Source: Nanobdellota archaeon (GTDB lineage: Archaea > Aenigmatarchaeota > Aenigmatarchaeia > QMZP01). From it: a DNA stretch of 64,000 bases. Within the stretch, counting starts at the first letter, position 1, and every line of letters starts with the position of its first letter. The stretch is from the NCBI GenBank assembly GCA_043814765.1, contig JBDRJQ010000028.1:29835-93834 (forward strand), read 5' to 3'. The notes under the pieces are model-generated. The model saw nothing but the letters and a program-made list of their open reading frames with translations. It did no database searches and was not told where the DNA came from. Positions 18,930-28,783 of this stretch are shown piece after piece. The position numbers were made by a program, and so were the translations under genes.

Positions 18930-19811
18930 ATGTACGATATGCTTGTTCGTAAGAAGCTTTTGAAGATACAGGAAAGATTAGGCATGCGTATAGGAATTAT
19001 GCATGGCACAAACAAGACGCCTTCTGTCAGAACAATAAATGAGACGCTAAATGCACTGAATGAGATGTATAAAGTGGGTCTGAAAGCTTTTGTTTTGCCG
19101 AGAGAGATGTTTGGTAACATAACAGACGCATCAGATATTTACAAAGTTCATTATGGAAACCTTCTAAAGATTAAGGATCTTGCAAAAAAATACAATATAG
19201 AACTTTCATTGCACCATCCTGCTCTTACTGATCAGCCTGATGAAAATCTGAAGATATTTTGCAACCTGTCATCTATAATGGACTGTCGAACTTTCATAAT
19301 AAACCCCAATTTTTATTCTCAAATGCCTCATAATCAGGCATTGAAACTCGTTGTTTACAAAATAAACGAAACAATTATTGACCAGCGATCTGACATTAAG
19401 ATTGGAATTGAGAATACAGGAAAATCCCGTGAATTGGGAAATTTTGAAGATTCATTGGACATAGTAAAAAGAACGCAAGGCACAGAACCTGTTATAAACT
19501 GGGGCAATATTCATGCCCGAGGCGCAGGAGCGCTAAGAACACAAGAGGATTTTCGTAGAATTTTAGAAAAGACCAGACAGGAAATAGGACCCCGCTACTT
19601 CAGTGATGCTTACTTCATATTCTCTGGCGTATCATACGGTCCTTCAGGAAAGATAAAGAACATCCCTCTAAGAGAGTCAGATATAAAATTAGAGCAATTG
19701 ATAAAGGAAATCATGTCCTTTAACATAAAAGGAACTATCATATTTGATGATCCTCAGAAAGAAAAATTCATTATAAAAATGATGGAAAGCCTTGCTGACA
19801 TGGTTAGATAA
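18930..19811 (+). CDS. xylose-isomerase-like TIM-barrel protein (sugar-phosphate isomerase/epimerase or endonuclease-IV-like family)
   Basis: Pattern of IELSLHHP..., IGIENTGK... and NWGNIHARGAG resembles the metal-binding strands of AP-endonuclease-2/xylose-isomerase-like barrels. Confidence 0.35.
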   Translation: MYDMLVRKKLLKIQERLGMRIGIMHGTNKTPSVRTINETLNALNEMYKVGLKAFVLPREMFGNITDASDIYKVHYGNLLKIKDLAKKYNIELSLHHPALTDQPDENLKIFCNLSSIMDCRTFIINPNFYSQMPHNQALKLVVYKINETIIDQRSDIKIGIENTGKSRELGNFEDSLDIVKRTQGTEPVINWGNIHARGAGALRTQEDFRRILEKTRQEIGPRYFSDAYFIFSGVSYGPSGKIKNIPLRESDIKLEQLIKEIMSFNIKGTIIFDDPQKEKFIIKMMESLADMVR

Positions 19812-19842
19812 AGATAAATTCTACTTTAAACAATCTATAAGC

Positions 19843-20412
19843 ATGCCTAAAACATTCATAAAGTTTTTAGAGCCTTACGAAAATGGTTTAGTAAAGAAAG
19901 GACCGATAATAGCAGTGTCTGGTTTTATAGGCGTTGGCAAGACTACAGCAGCTAAGATGCTTAAGGATATCTTGGGATACAGATACTACTATCCTCCAAC
20001 ATTCAGAGGAAAAGCCATGCGAAAAAGACAACTGTTAACAGAAACTATAGAAGAAGCAAACACGGAAGAGTTTTATGAAATTGATATAAAGGCTCTGAAA
20101 AATTCCATGAAAGGCAAGATTGTGGTAGATTCCAGACTCAGCGCATGGGCACTGGGCAAGTGGGCTGACATAAGAATCTTTGTAAATTCTGAACCGGACA
20201 TAAGAATCCATAGATTCGCAAAAGGAAACAATTTAACTGTAGAACAGGCTGCAGACGAACTCAGGGAAAGAGAAAAATTTGAATTGTCTGAGTGGAGAAA
20301 ACTGTATAACATAGATTTCATGGATAAAAGAGTCTATACGCATGTTATTGACAACAACGATTCCAAAAATGATTTGAAGAATAAGCTAAGAAAAATAGTT
20401 AAGAAGCTTTAG
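19843..20412 (+). CDS. P-loop nucleotide/nucleoside kinase (cytidylate-kinase-like)
   Basis: Walker A IIAVSGFIGVGKTTAAKML near the N-terminus, ~190 aa. Start set at ATG 19843 to avoid overlap; the ORF track's 19792 start is the alternative. Confidence 0.5.
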   Translation: MPKTFIKFLEPYENGLVKKGPIIAVSGFIGVGKTTAAKMLKDILGYRYYYPPTFRGKAMRKRQLLTETIEEANTEEFYEIDIKALKNSMKGKIVVDSRLSAWALGKWADIRIFVNSEPDIRIHRFAKGNNLTVEQAADELREREKFELSEWRKLYNIDFMDKRVYTHVIDNNDSKNDLKNKLRKIVKKL

Positions 20413-20669
20413 CCTGCAGCTTTCAAAAGAGCCCTTCTTCTTTCCACATCTATTGCTAAGAAGCTCCTGATCTCAGCATCAACCGTATCATCCATGTCAA
20501 TGGCTAGTTTGCTAACATCATCTTCATCATATTTCATAACATTGCCCAGAAGTCTTGAGAGTTCAACACTAGAGTATTCATCCATCGAATCTCTTATTGA
20601 TGATAAATAAGCTATTCTACCATCTTTTGGTAATTCTGAAAAACAACTATAACACATAACTTTTGTCAT
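20409..20669 (-). CDS. hypothetical small acidic protein
   Basis: 86-aa ORF between convergent and tandem neighbours. Composition only. Confidence 0.3.
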   Translation of the reverse strand: MTKVMCYSCFSELPKDGRIAYLSSIRDSMDEYSSVELSRLLGNVMKYDEDDVSKLAIDMDDTVDAEIRSFLAIDVERRRALLKAAG

Positions 20670-20678
20670 AAAACCACC

Positions 20679-21977
20679 TTATTGCGTGTCCAAAAATTTG
20701 TCTTCAGTCTTTATTTTCTTTCTCATTATGCGTCCTGCGTCTTGTATGAATTTTCTTACATACTCCCTGTTCATCATTATTTGCGACTTTGGCAGTTCAA
20801 GAACTTTGCCATCCTTAACCAAATCCTTCATTCTTGTTAGATCATTAAAAACATCAAAGTATTTTTCAGAAATAAGTCCTGTTTTTATGAGATGTTTTTC
20901 AAAGGCCTTTGGAATCATCTCATCTTTTGCAGGCAGTTTATTCATGGCTTTCAAAAGAGTGATAACAGTTTCTGACATAACAAGCTGTGATTTGTTTATC
21001 ATGTTTTCTCTTTTAAGCACTTCAATCTTGACTATGAGTTTTTGCATGCAACTAACGAATTTTTTGGCCTTTTCAATCCACTCGTCAAGAACTACACCTT
21101 CTATCGTGGTTTTTTCACGGTGCTCTATCTCTTTTCTGACGTCCAGTATGTCTTCAAGCATTTTCACATACTCTTCGTCTAGAAGCTTCATTTTAACAAG
21201 TGTTTTGCGCAGAACACTAGGCGCTTCGCTTGGTCTTGGCGGAGTCTTACCTAAGAACATCAGAACAGCCTGTGCTGATTCAAGCATGGCATAATAGCAG
21301 TCTTCAACAACCATGTAAATTTTAGCATTCTCAACGCGCTTGATTCTTTTTGGTCCCCGTTCAATATACTTCTCAACAGCCTCCCTGGATGGTTTTATTT
21401 CACCCATCTGAAGAAGCCGTTTAATAGGCATGAAAATGTCCTTATCGTACACAGGAACGCCTTCCCGTATGAAATTGAAAACAATGGGATGACCTATTCT
21501 AACCATGTTCCAGAACTCAGTTAGCATGTAAGGCTGCTGCACGGAGAGGTTTGGTGATAATTTCTTTGCTGTAGCAACCATCTCATCCTCAAGCTTTGCA
21601 CGCTCTCCTGGCGATATTCGATGGCGCGTATCATCAATTATAACAAAAACATCAATATCAGACTCCTCTTTAAACTCTTCGCGGGCAGTTGAACCGAACA
21701 GAACAATGGAGCGGATAATAGGTCCGTGCTTTTTTATAAGCTCTTTTGTAAAACTTTTTAGAATTTTAATTCTTTCTTTCTTGCCAATTTTTTCAGGTTT
21801 TTTCGGTTTTTTTTCCTCTGCAGGTTCCTTATCAAAAACCTCAGCCAGCTCAAGAAGCCTTTTTTCAGGTTTTTTTGCTGTGTGTTTTTGACGAGTTTTA
21901 TGTAAGGTTTTTGGTTTAGAAGATTTTTTAACGGTGGCTCTCTTCTTCTTTGTTTTCAGAGTTTTTTTCTTAGCCAT
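20679..21977 (-). CDS. nucleotidyltransferase-domain protein (Pol-beta superfamily) with Lys-rich N-terminal tail and alpha-helical C-terminal domain
   Basis: hG[GS]x9-13Dh[DE]h-type motif SIVLFGSTAREEFKEESDIDVFVIIDD. Confidence 0.55.
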   Translation of the reverse strand: MAKKKTLKTKKKRATVKKSSKPKTLHKTRQKHTAKKPEKRLLELAEVFDKEPAEEKKPKKPEKIGKKERIKILKSFTKELIKKHGPIIRSIVLFGSTAREEFKEESDIDVFVIIDDTRHRISPGERAKLEDEMVATAKKLSPNLSVQQPYMLTEFWNMVRIGHPIVFNFIREGVPVYDKDIFMPIKRLLQMGEIKPSREAVEKYIERGPKRIKRVENAKIYMVVEDCYYAMLESAQAVLMFLGKTPPRPSEAPSVLRKTLVKMKLLDEEYVKMLEDILDVRKEIEHREKTTIEGVVLDEWIEKAKKFVSCMQKLIVKIEVLKRENMINKSQLVMSETVITLLKAMNKLPAKDEMIPKAFEKHLIKTGLISEKYFDVFNDLTRMKDLVKDGKVLELPKSQIMMNREYVRKFIQDAGRIMRKKIKTEDKFLDTQ

Positions 21978-22045
21978 AATAAATCAATAGCAAGCCTGTT
22001 TAAAAAGGTTATTTTATTATTATTTTGCCTGTTTAAAAAAAGATT

Positions 22046-23848
22046 TTATCTCATCTCAGCTTTCTTCCAAACTTCTGCACGGCCCTTCTTTCTGGCTTCT
22101 GCAGACAGCAATCCCCATTCCTCTTCAGGCATTTCCAGCAAGTCTTTCATAGGTTCGTATGCATGATCGCGTATTATCTGCATCTGCCTCTGTACCATGC
22201 CTGATATCGGACCTTTCAAGCCAAAGAACTCCAGTGGCAGTTTTTCTGGTTCAACATCTTCTTCTAAATATTTTGCCATCATTCTTAAGGCCTCAACAGA
22301 GCGCTTGAACGGATCTTCTCCGCCACCGCGCTCAAACATTAGGAAAGCTGTTCCCTTTTTACCCAAGCCTGTTTTTCTCCAATGCCACAACAGTTCGTAA
22401 AGTTTTACATCACCCAACTCCACTGGCTCGTGCGGGTGCAAAGGATTTGGATGATTTGAATGCACTGATATGATGTATTCGCCAAAATCCGGTATTTCCT
22501 CTGCTGTTTCTTTTACTTCCAGCCATGCATCAAGTCCCTGTGAAGCTATATGTTCATGGTCTACAATTATAGCCACTTTATCGGTTTTTAGTGTTTTTCT
22601 TATAACTTTAACAGCAGCATAGATTTGCCTCAATCTCCAAAGAATAAACATTCCTGCATGAGAAGGATCCCTGGCATCAGGATTTTCTATTGCTATTACA
22701 AGGTTTTTTGCTATATCCTGCAGTTCTTTGCCATCATCATGTTTTGCAAGCTCGTTTTTAAAATCACCACTCATCCAGTCAAAAAGTTTTTTAATATGGC
22801 CCTCAAGATATTTTGCACCGACAACTGCATAGAAAAACTCTTTAAACTCCTTGTCGTTTTCTGTCTCTGCGCTTCTCCAAGCCCTTTCCAGCCATTCATT
22901 GTCGTTATAATCCAAACCATACCTGTTAAGAACATTCTTGTATAATTTAGCCATTTCTATCCACATAGGATCTTTATTGAAGAATAAATAATGAGCCATT
23001 ATATGGAAACCTTCCATTGTTTCTGTTCCCCTGAAATCTTCTGAATCCCATGCTTCGCCTTTTATTAGTTTATCTCTTACTTCGTTGTCAAGAAGTGTTG
23101 ATATTTCATCTGCTATTCTTTGAGCTTCAATTGACTGTATATTATTCTCTTTTTCTTTCAAATTATTAAACAGCTCTTCAAGCTGAAATCTAGCTTCTCC
23201 TGGTGTAATTTTGTCCTCCATTTGCAGCTGGTTTATTCTTGCCTTTTCGGTTTCTTCTTCCCGGCGAAGATCCCGCTTCATTTGTTCAAGTTCTCTTTCA
23301 AGCAGATTTTGTTTCAAGTTAAGATTCTGTATGTCATCTGAAGACAGTATATTGCGTGTAAACCCGCCTTGTCTGAGTTTGAATTTTATAAACCACTCTC
23401 TAAGAGGTTCAGATTCACTTAATATATTGGAAATGAATTTGCCTTCGTGGTCTACAAAAGATGATGTCAACTTGCGTCCGGCGTAAGTCATCAGCTCCAT
23501 CCATATGTTCAAACAAGCATGGAAGTCTATGTATCCTGCGCCTGCATGAACAGCAGAACGAACTGATTTCTGCATTCTGTCTTGAGCATCTCTCCACTCT
23601 GTTCTTTCTGGTATGCAGAGAGGAACCATGAGATCTCCGTGAAGATTTAAATCCACTTTTTGTTTTTTTGCCATGTGGCGCATTTCTCTTCCATGGGTGT
23701 AAGGAATCTCATAGGCAACATCTGCAGCTATCTCCATTGCAGACACTCCGCGGGTGATAACATAGCCAAGTTTTTTTATAGGTGTGGCTAGCTCTTCAGA
23801 CCTTGCTGCAGTATAAATTCCCGAAGTTACGCCAACCCTTAATGGCAT
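22046..23848 (-). CDS. large TIM-barrel-like (xylose-isomerase-like) protein with ~90-aa coiled-coil insertion
   Basis: N-terminal VGVTSGIY...LNLHGDL and later IIVDHEHIASQGLDAWL...ISVHSNHP His/Asp-rich strands. Heptad-rich segment NLKQNLLERELEQMKRDLRREEETEKARINQLQMED. Confidence 0.35.
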   Translation of the reverse strand: MPLRVGVTSGIYTAARSEELATPIKKLGYVITRGVSAMEIAADVAYEIPYTHGREMRHMAKKQKVDLNLHGDLMVPLCIPERTEWRDAQDRMQKSVRSAVHAGAGYIDFHACLNIWMELMTYAGRKLTSSFVDHEGKFISNILSESEPLREWFIKFKLRQGGFTRNILSSDDIQNLNLKQNLLERELEQMKRDLRREEETEKARINQLQMEDKITPGEARFQLEELFNNLKEKENNIQSIEAQRIADEISTLLDNEVRDKLIKGEAWDSEDFRGTETMEGFHIMAHYLFFNKDPMWIEMAKLYKNVLNRYGLDYNDNEWLERAWRSAETENDKEFKEFFYAVVGAKYLEGHIKKLFDWMSGDFKNELAKHDDGKELQDIAKNLVIAIENPDARDPSHAGMFILWRLRQIYAAVKVIRKTLKTDKVAIIVDHEHIASQGLDAWLEVKETAEEIPDFGEYIISVHSNHPNPLHPHEPVELGDVKLYELLWHWRKTGLGKKGTAFLMFERGGGEDPFKRSVEALRMMAKYLEEDVEPEKLPLEFFGLKGPISGMVQRQMQIIRDHAYEPMKDLLEMPEEEWGLLSAEARKKGRAEVWKKAEMR

Positions 23849-23856
23849 ACAAACAC

Positions 23857-25401
23857 CTAAGTTGCTCCCATCAGACTTTTTATATGACCTAGCATTTCGC
23901 CAAAAGCGGATCCTGAATTGACAAGATACACTTTTGTTATCCTTTCAGCGAAATTGCTTTCATACGGTCCTTTTTTAACAAAAAGGCCGCCGAATTTTTT
24001 CATGCCGCTTCCTGCTCCAGAAAATGGTTTCTTTTTTTCGGTTTTTTTTATTTTTTCCTTGCCTTCATACTCGCTTTCTAATCTTTCCCTTATCTCATCT
24101 TCAAGATTTTTTGATCCAACAAGCTCTTCAACATATCTCTTGAAATGTTCATTGCGTGCATGAAGTTCTATAAGATGGCAAAGCAGAACATTCTGGGAAA
24201 TCACCCAAGTTTCAAGTGGCCAGAACATTATGTTTTCCAGTTCGCCTCCTTCTGGCGGAGGAGTTTTTATTATGGTTCTTGCAATCTTCATGTCAAACAT
24301 CTGGTAATAAAGATACCTCGGATCCATTCTTGTTTGAGACATCTCATATTGTTTTTTATCATGAAGACCTTCTGTTATAGCGTTATTCTTTATGTCTTCT
24401 ACATCCTTATCAGTGATAGGCACTTTGTATTTTTCCGCTATTTTCTTTTTCCAGTATCTGACAAAATCATCATACGGATCTATCAACCACTTGCCCTTTT
24501 TCGGTACAAATTCTGGTTTGCCGGTTTCTTTGAGTTCAAACGGTTTCCATACCCACAAACGGACACCTGTAAAAGCAACAGCCTGAGAAAATCCTGGCGT
24601 CATTAGATAATCCTGACTAAACACTTCTGGACGTGCTTCTGTGGCTTCCCTCATCATCCTGTATCTCGCAACATAAGGCTTCAGCCAGTTTTTGTATTCC
24701 TCAACCGATTTCTCGCGAGATTTAACCATGTTTTCTATTCTGGCAAGCCTTTCCTTGACTGTTGGAAAGAACAGCTCTTTCCACTCAAGGTAAAGTTCAT
24801 TTTTTGTCTTCAGCACAGTAGCCTCTGCCTGGCTCACATCAATCTCTTTTCTTATTTCATCTACAGTCTCTAGCTCCTTTCCTCCAAGCCGTATGAAGTC
24901 TGTTATTATCGTGGGCCATCTCTTTGTCATGGTAACCAATGAAAATCCTTCACCGGTATAAGCGTCAACCCTGTCAATGAAAAGAGAGCGAAGCACATGA
25001 TCATCTTTCTTGCCTTTTTTGAAGTAATCCCAGATTTCTCTGTATCTTCTATGATCATGCTTTAAAAGTTCAAAATCTGCAACAGCCTGAGCAGCTGATG
25101 CTAAACCAGTTTTAATAGCTCCTTCCAGCTTCTGCTTCTGGGCAATTGTGAGATTGTAAGTATCCACATGAGTTGGCGATACTTCCATATACTCATCAAC
25201 CTTTACAACATTGTAATCTTGCTTGGGCAACCAGAAAACCAACCCATAGTAAAGGTTTGATGCGCCACCCATTTTAGTTGTGTAGTCTATTGTTATTCCC
25301 TGATTCTCAGGCCTTATTGACATGGCAGTACCTAGAAGGTCAAAGGGTTTAGTTCTAGTTTTATCATGAAGTTCATCCATCACTGTTTTTTCCCAAACCA
25401 T
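23857..25401 (-). CDS. hypothetical protein (514 aa), co-operonic with the TIM-barrel-like protein
   Basis: No recognisable motif. 8-nt gap to the downstream gene, 4-nt gap to the upstream small membrane ORF. Confidence 0.4.
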   Translation of the reverse strand: MVWEKTVMDELHDKTRTKPFDLLGTAMSIRPENQGITIDYTTKMGGASNLYYGLVFWLPKQDYNVVKVDEYMEVSPTHVDTYNLTIAQKQKLEGAIKTGLASAAQAVADFELLKHDHRRYREIWDYFKKGKKDDHVLRSLFIDRVDAYTGEGFSLVTMTKRWPTIITDFIRLGGKELETVDEIRKEIDVSQAEATVLKTKNELYLEWKELFFPTVKERLARIENMVKSREKSVEEYKNWLKPYVARYRMMREATEARPEVFSQDYLMTPGFSQAVAFTGVRLWVWKPFELKETGKPEFVPKKGKWLIDPYDDFVRYWKKKIAEKYKVPITDKDVEDIKNNAITEGLHDKKQYEMSQTRMDPRYLYYQMFDMKIARTIIKTPPPEGGELENIMFWPLETWVISQNVLLCHLIELHARNEHFKRYVEELVGSKNLEDEIRERLESEYEGKEKIKKTEKKKPFSGAGSGMKKFGGLFVKKGPYESNFAERITKVYLVNSGSAFGEMLGHIKSLMGAT

Positions 25402-25405
25402 GCTA

Positions 25406-25579
25406 TCATCCTATGAATATTAAAATTGCACCCAATATTGCGAATATAAATCCTAAAACAACTCCTACTGTAGCCATTTCCTTTGTTTGGTAATCTAATG
25501 CACCAGGAAAAAAGAAAATCATGTATCCTCCCAAAACCAGTAATATTGCACCTATTAACAAACCAAGCCAACCAAACAT
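25406..25579 (-). CDS. small two-TM membrane protein (57 aa); below the ORF-track cutoff
   Basis: Own translation gives MFGWLGLLIGAILLVLGGYMIFFFPGALDYQTKEMATVGVVLGFIFAILGAILIFIG. Stop TGA is 4 nt before the ATG of the 514-aa gene. Confidence 0.35.
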   Translation of the reverse strand: MFGWLGLLIGAILLVLGGYMIFFFPGALDYQTKEMATVGVVLGFIFAILGAILIFIG

Positions 25580-25637
25580 ATTAATTAATATTATGTCTGC
25601 TTAATTATATAATATATTGATTTAGGAGAATGTTATC

Positions 25638-26153
25638 ATGGTCTTTGCAAGAACCAAACTAATGCTACAAGATAATTGCTTCGATAAGGAGCCTGGAGAA
25701 CTAGAGTTAAATTATGTCGGACCCAATCCGCAAAAACTCTACAAAACTATGTTCGACGTAGCAAAAACCGTTTTTATGGTTCCAGACAGCGATTTGCAAG
25801 AAGAAAGATTCACATGGGGTAAAAAAGAAACAGAAAAATTCAAGTCAAGATTATGGGTTAACAAGGATGTGGATAAATTTACTCATATGTTTGTTAGACT
25901 AGATTTTTCTGGGCAGGGAACAGAAAAAACCGGTAATGCAACAATAAGGATAAAACCTGTCATTAGAACAGAGTATCCGCAAGATACTGTCTGGCAGAGA
26001 TCTATTTTTTATGAACTCATTAGAACGCTTTGGCACAACGTGTTTTATCATCAGAAAAGAGCAGATTACACAGAAGAGTGCAGACACTATACCTTTTTAT
26101 TTCAGAAAAAAATGCAGCAGGCGTTCAAGAAATTAAAAGAGCAGTATGGATAA
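25638..26153 (+). CDS. hypothetical protein, tandem paralog A
   Basis: 171 aa. Shares W-x-x-K...G-x-T-x-R-I...L-W-H-x-x-F-Y-x-x-K-R-x-x-Y-x-x-x-C-R with the next gene. Confidence 0.4.
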   Translation: MVFARTKLMLQDNCFDKEPGELELNYVGPNPQKLYKTMFDVAKTVFMVPDSDLQEERFTWGKKETEKFKSRLWVNKDVDKFTHMFVRLDFSGQGTEKTGNATIRIKPVIRTEYPQDTVWQRSIFYELIRTLWHNVFYHQKRADYTEECRHYTFLFQKKMQQAFKKLKEQYG

Positions 26154-26164
26154 TTGGTGATGTA

Positions 26165-26671
26165 ATGGGAAAGATTGAGATTGTTGATGATTGCCTAGCT
26201 CCTTCCAGATATATCTATATGCAGTACACTGGTACTGATCCATACGGTGTTGCTAAAAAAATAGCTGACTCTTTAACAGAGTTTTATCAAATAAGCGGAG
26301 CAGGCATGTGCCAAACATATTTTATGTGGGATGACTCTTCTGATCCTAGGGGATTTTATTTCAGATGGTGGGTCAAAAAATCTATTGGTGGAAGATTTTC
26401 AACAATGTGGAATTATATCTGGGTTAGGGGTGAAGTATCAAAAGAAGACAACCAGGGTCATTTCACTTTGAGAATCCATGGTGATCTGAGAACTACCTTT
26501 GAAGGGCATGGACCAATTTTAAATACGTTGTGGCATCTTTATAGTTTTTTCTTCTACAATAAAGTGCGCAGGAAATACATAGATTTTTGCAGAAAAACTG
26601 CATTGGATTTTAGAAATGAGATGAGAGAGCACTATAACCTTGAAATAGCTATTGAGCATGGTGAGCGTTAA
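26165..26671 (+). CDS. hypothetical protein, tandem paralog B
   Basis: Start chosen at ATG 26165, 12 nt after the paralog A stop; the ORF-track start 26030 overlaps A out of frame. Aligns with A over FRWWVKK...HFTLRIHGDL...LWHLYSFFFYNKVRRKYIDFCRK. Confidence 0.4.
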   Translation: MGKIEIVDDCLAPSRYIYMQYTGTDPYGVAKKIADSLTEFYQISGAGMCQTYFMWDDSSDPRGFYFRWWVKKSIGGRFSTMWNYIWVRGEVSKEDNQGHFTLRIHGDLRTTFEGHGPILNTLWHLYSFFFYNKVRRKYIDFCRKTALDFRNEMREHYNLEIAIEHGER

Positions 26672-28462
26672 TTAGCCGACATAAAAGTATTGGCCATTTC
26701 TTTTTTGTTCGGTATCTTTTTGTGAATCAGGTTTATTGGCTCGAGGCCTACCGGTTACTGGATCACGCCTATAAGTGATACCAAGATCTTTGAGTAATTG
26801 GTTCATGCCTGAAGCTAGTTTGCATGGTTCATTGCCTGTTCCTTTAACACCTCTATTGCCTTCAAAAACCATTAACCTGTCTGAAACAGCATCAATGAAT
26901 TGCAAATCATGATCGACAATAAAACATGATATTTCTTTATTTTCAGCGTAACTGCGTAGTATTTTTGCTACATTCAATCTCTGTTCTACATCAAGGAAAG
27001 CAGAAGGTTCGTCCAAAAGCAATAGGTCTGCGTCTCGTGAAAGAGCGCATGCTACAAAAACGCTCTGAAGCTCTCCACCAGAAAGCGAGTTTATATTGCG
27101 CTCCATTAGCTTCTCAACACCCAAATCAAAAAGAATTTTTTTGTTTTCCTGTGATAATTTGACTTCTTCGTGTCTTACAAACTCTAAAACAGACATTGTT
27201 TTTTCTTCCTTGGATAAAATTATTCGCTGTGGTTTGTAGGATATTTTTAGTTTTTTAGGAGCTTCACCAATATCAGGTTTAAGTTCTCCAGCCAGCATTT
27301 TAATGAACGTGGTTTTTCCTATGCCGTTTGGACCAACAATGCCTATTATTTCACCAGAATAAAGGTTTCCTTTCCTTGTCTCTAAAGAGAAGCCTGTGAA
27401 CTTTTTCTCAAAAGCAGGATATTCTAAAAATATTTTATTCTTATCCATGCTTTTTGCTCTTTTAGCAAAAACAATCGGCTCTTTTCTGAAGCGCATGTTC
27501 TCTTCTCTGATATACCCTTCAAGATACGTGTTTATGCCAACACGCACACCGTAAGGGTTTGAAACAACGCCGAAAACACCGGGGTTACCATACAGTATGT
27601 GAGTGTAATCTGCCAGATAATCAGCAACAGCAAGATCATGCTCTACAACCATAACAAAGGCTTTTTCTGATAAGGAACGAATCTCTTTTGCTACTAGAAG
27701 TCTTTCGTATGCATCTAGATAGCTTGATGGCTCATCAAAAAAATAAAAATCTGCATCCTTGGATATTGTTGCTATTATAGATAGCAGCTGCAGTTCACCG
27801 CCAGACAACTTGTCTATGTTCTTGTTTATGATGTTTTCTGCGTTTAATCTCTTTAAAATACCAGCCAGTTTTTTCTTATTGTCAATTTTTTCCAATAACT
27901 GCTTTACAGAACCTTTCCACATATTTGGAATCAAATCTATTTTCTGCGGCTTGTAAGCTGCTTTGATTTTTTTCTGCGAGAGTCTTTCCAAGTAATCATG
28001 TAATTCTGTTCCCTTGAATTTATTTATTATATCTTGCCATGGAACTTCTCCCTTGAAAACACCTGTATTGGGCTTGAAGTTTCCAGACAGTATATTCATG
28101 ACAGTGGACTTGCCAACACCATTTGGTCCGACAAGACCAACCACTGCGTTGAGTTTCGGAACAGGTAATCGATAGAGTGTGAACATGTTTTTTCCGTACC
28201 TATGTATTGGCGTCTCTTTTAGCTGTTCTGGCAAGTTGACAATAACAATTGCGTTTTTAGGGCACTTTTTTGTACATATCTGGCAGGCAATGCAAAGATT
28301 CTCGTCAATAAGTGGCTTTTTGTCAGCATCCAAAACAGTTATGCAATCTTCTCCAGACCGGTTTATAGGGCAGACCTTTTGGCACAAGTAGAATCCACAA
28401 GCCTTGGGGCTGCATAAATCTCTGTCCAGAACTGCAATTCTTTTTACTCTTTTATTCACCAT
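26672..28462 (-). CDS. abcE1: ABCE1/RNase L inhibitor (ribosome recycling factor) with N-terminal 4Fe-4S domain and two ABC cassettes
   Basis: CSPKACGFYLCQKVCP...CIACQICTKKCP FeS domain. Two Walker A (GLVGPNGVGKST; GIVGPNGIGKTT) and LSGGELQ signatures. Confidence 0.85.
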   Translation of the reverse strand: MVNKRVKRIAVLDRDLCSPKACGFYLCQKVCPINRSGEDCITVLDADKKPLIDENLCIACQICTKKCPKNAIVIVNLPEQLKETPIHRYGKNMFTLYRLPVPKLNAVVGLVGPNGVGKSTVMNILSGNFKPNTGVFKGEVPWQDIINKFKGTELHDYLERLSQKKIKAAYKPQKIDLIPNMWKGSVKQLLEKIDNKKKLAGILKRLNAENIINKNIDKLSGGELQLLSIIATISKDADFYFFDEPSSYLDAYERLLVAKEIRSLSEKAFVMVVEHDLAVADYLADYTHILYGNPGVFGVVSNPYGVRVGINTYLEGYIREENMRFRKEPIVFAKRAKSMDKNKIFLEYPAFEKKFTGFSLETRKGNLYSGEIIGIVGPNGIGKTTFIKMLAGELKPDIGEAPKKLKISYKPQRIILSKEEKTMSVLEFVRHEEVKLSQENKKILFDLGVEKLMERNINSLSGGELQSVFVACALSRDADLLLLDEPSAFLDVEQRLNVAKILRSYAENKEISCFIVDHDLQFIDAVSDRLMVFEGNRGVKGTGNEPCKLASGMNQLLKDLGITYRRDPVTGRPRANKPDSQKDTEQKRNGQYFYVG

Positions 28463-28783
28463 AATAAAGTTATTGTATTGTTTGTTTTTAAGCTCTATAT
28501 ATCCCTATAGATTGACATAAACAAAAACAATGTGTCAGGAGTTTTTTCTGGTGTCGGTTCAGAAGTAGTTGTTTTGGATTCTGTTTCTGTCATTTTCGTT
28601 TTTTCCTTTATTTTCTAATGAAATGATATTGTGTTCTAATCCACTAACAATGTTACGCTATATTAAGCATAAAACGCAACTCATTGTAATATTCTATCAG
28701 TATGAAACTATTCGTTAATACCTGTTATGCTAATGTTTAAAAGCTTATCTTTATAAGGAAATTGAGACAAATATCTAAGTAGT

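Noticed and set aside
20686-21294. 202-aa + strand ORF
   Set aside because: Antisense to the nucleotidyltransferase gene. Ser/Phe-rich with no motifs.
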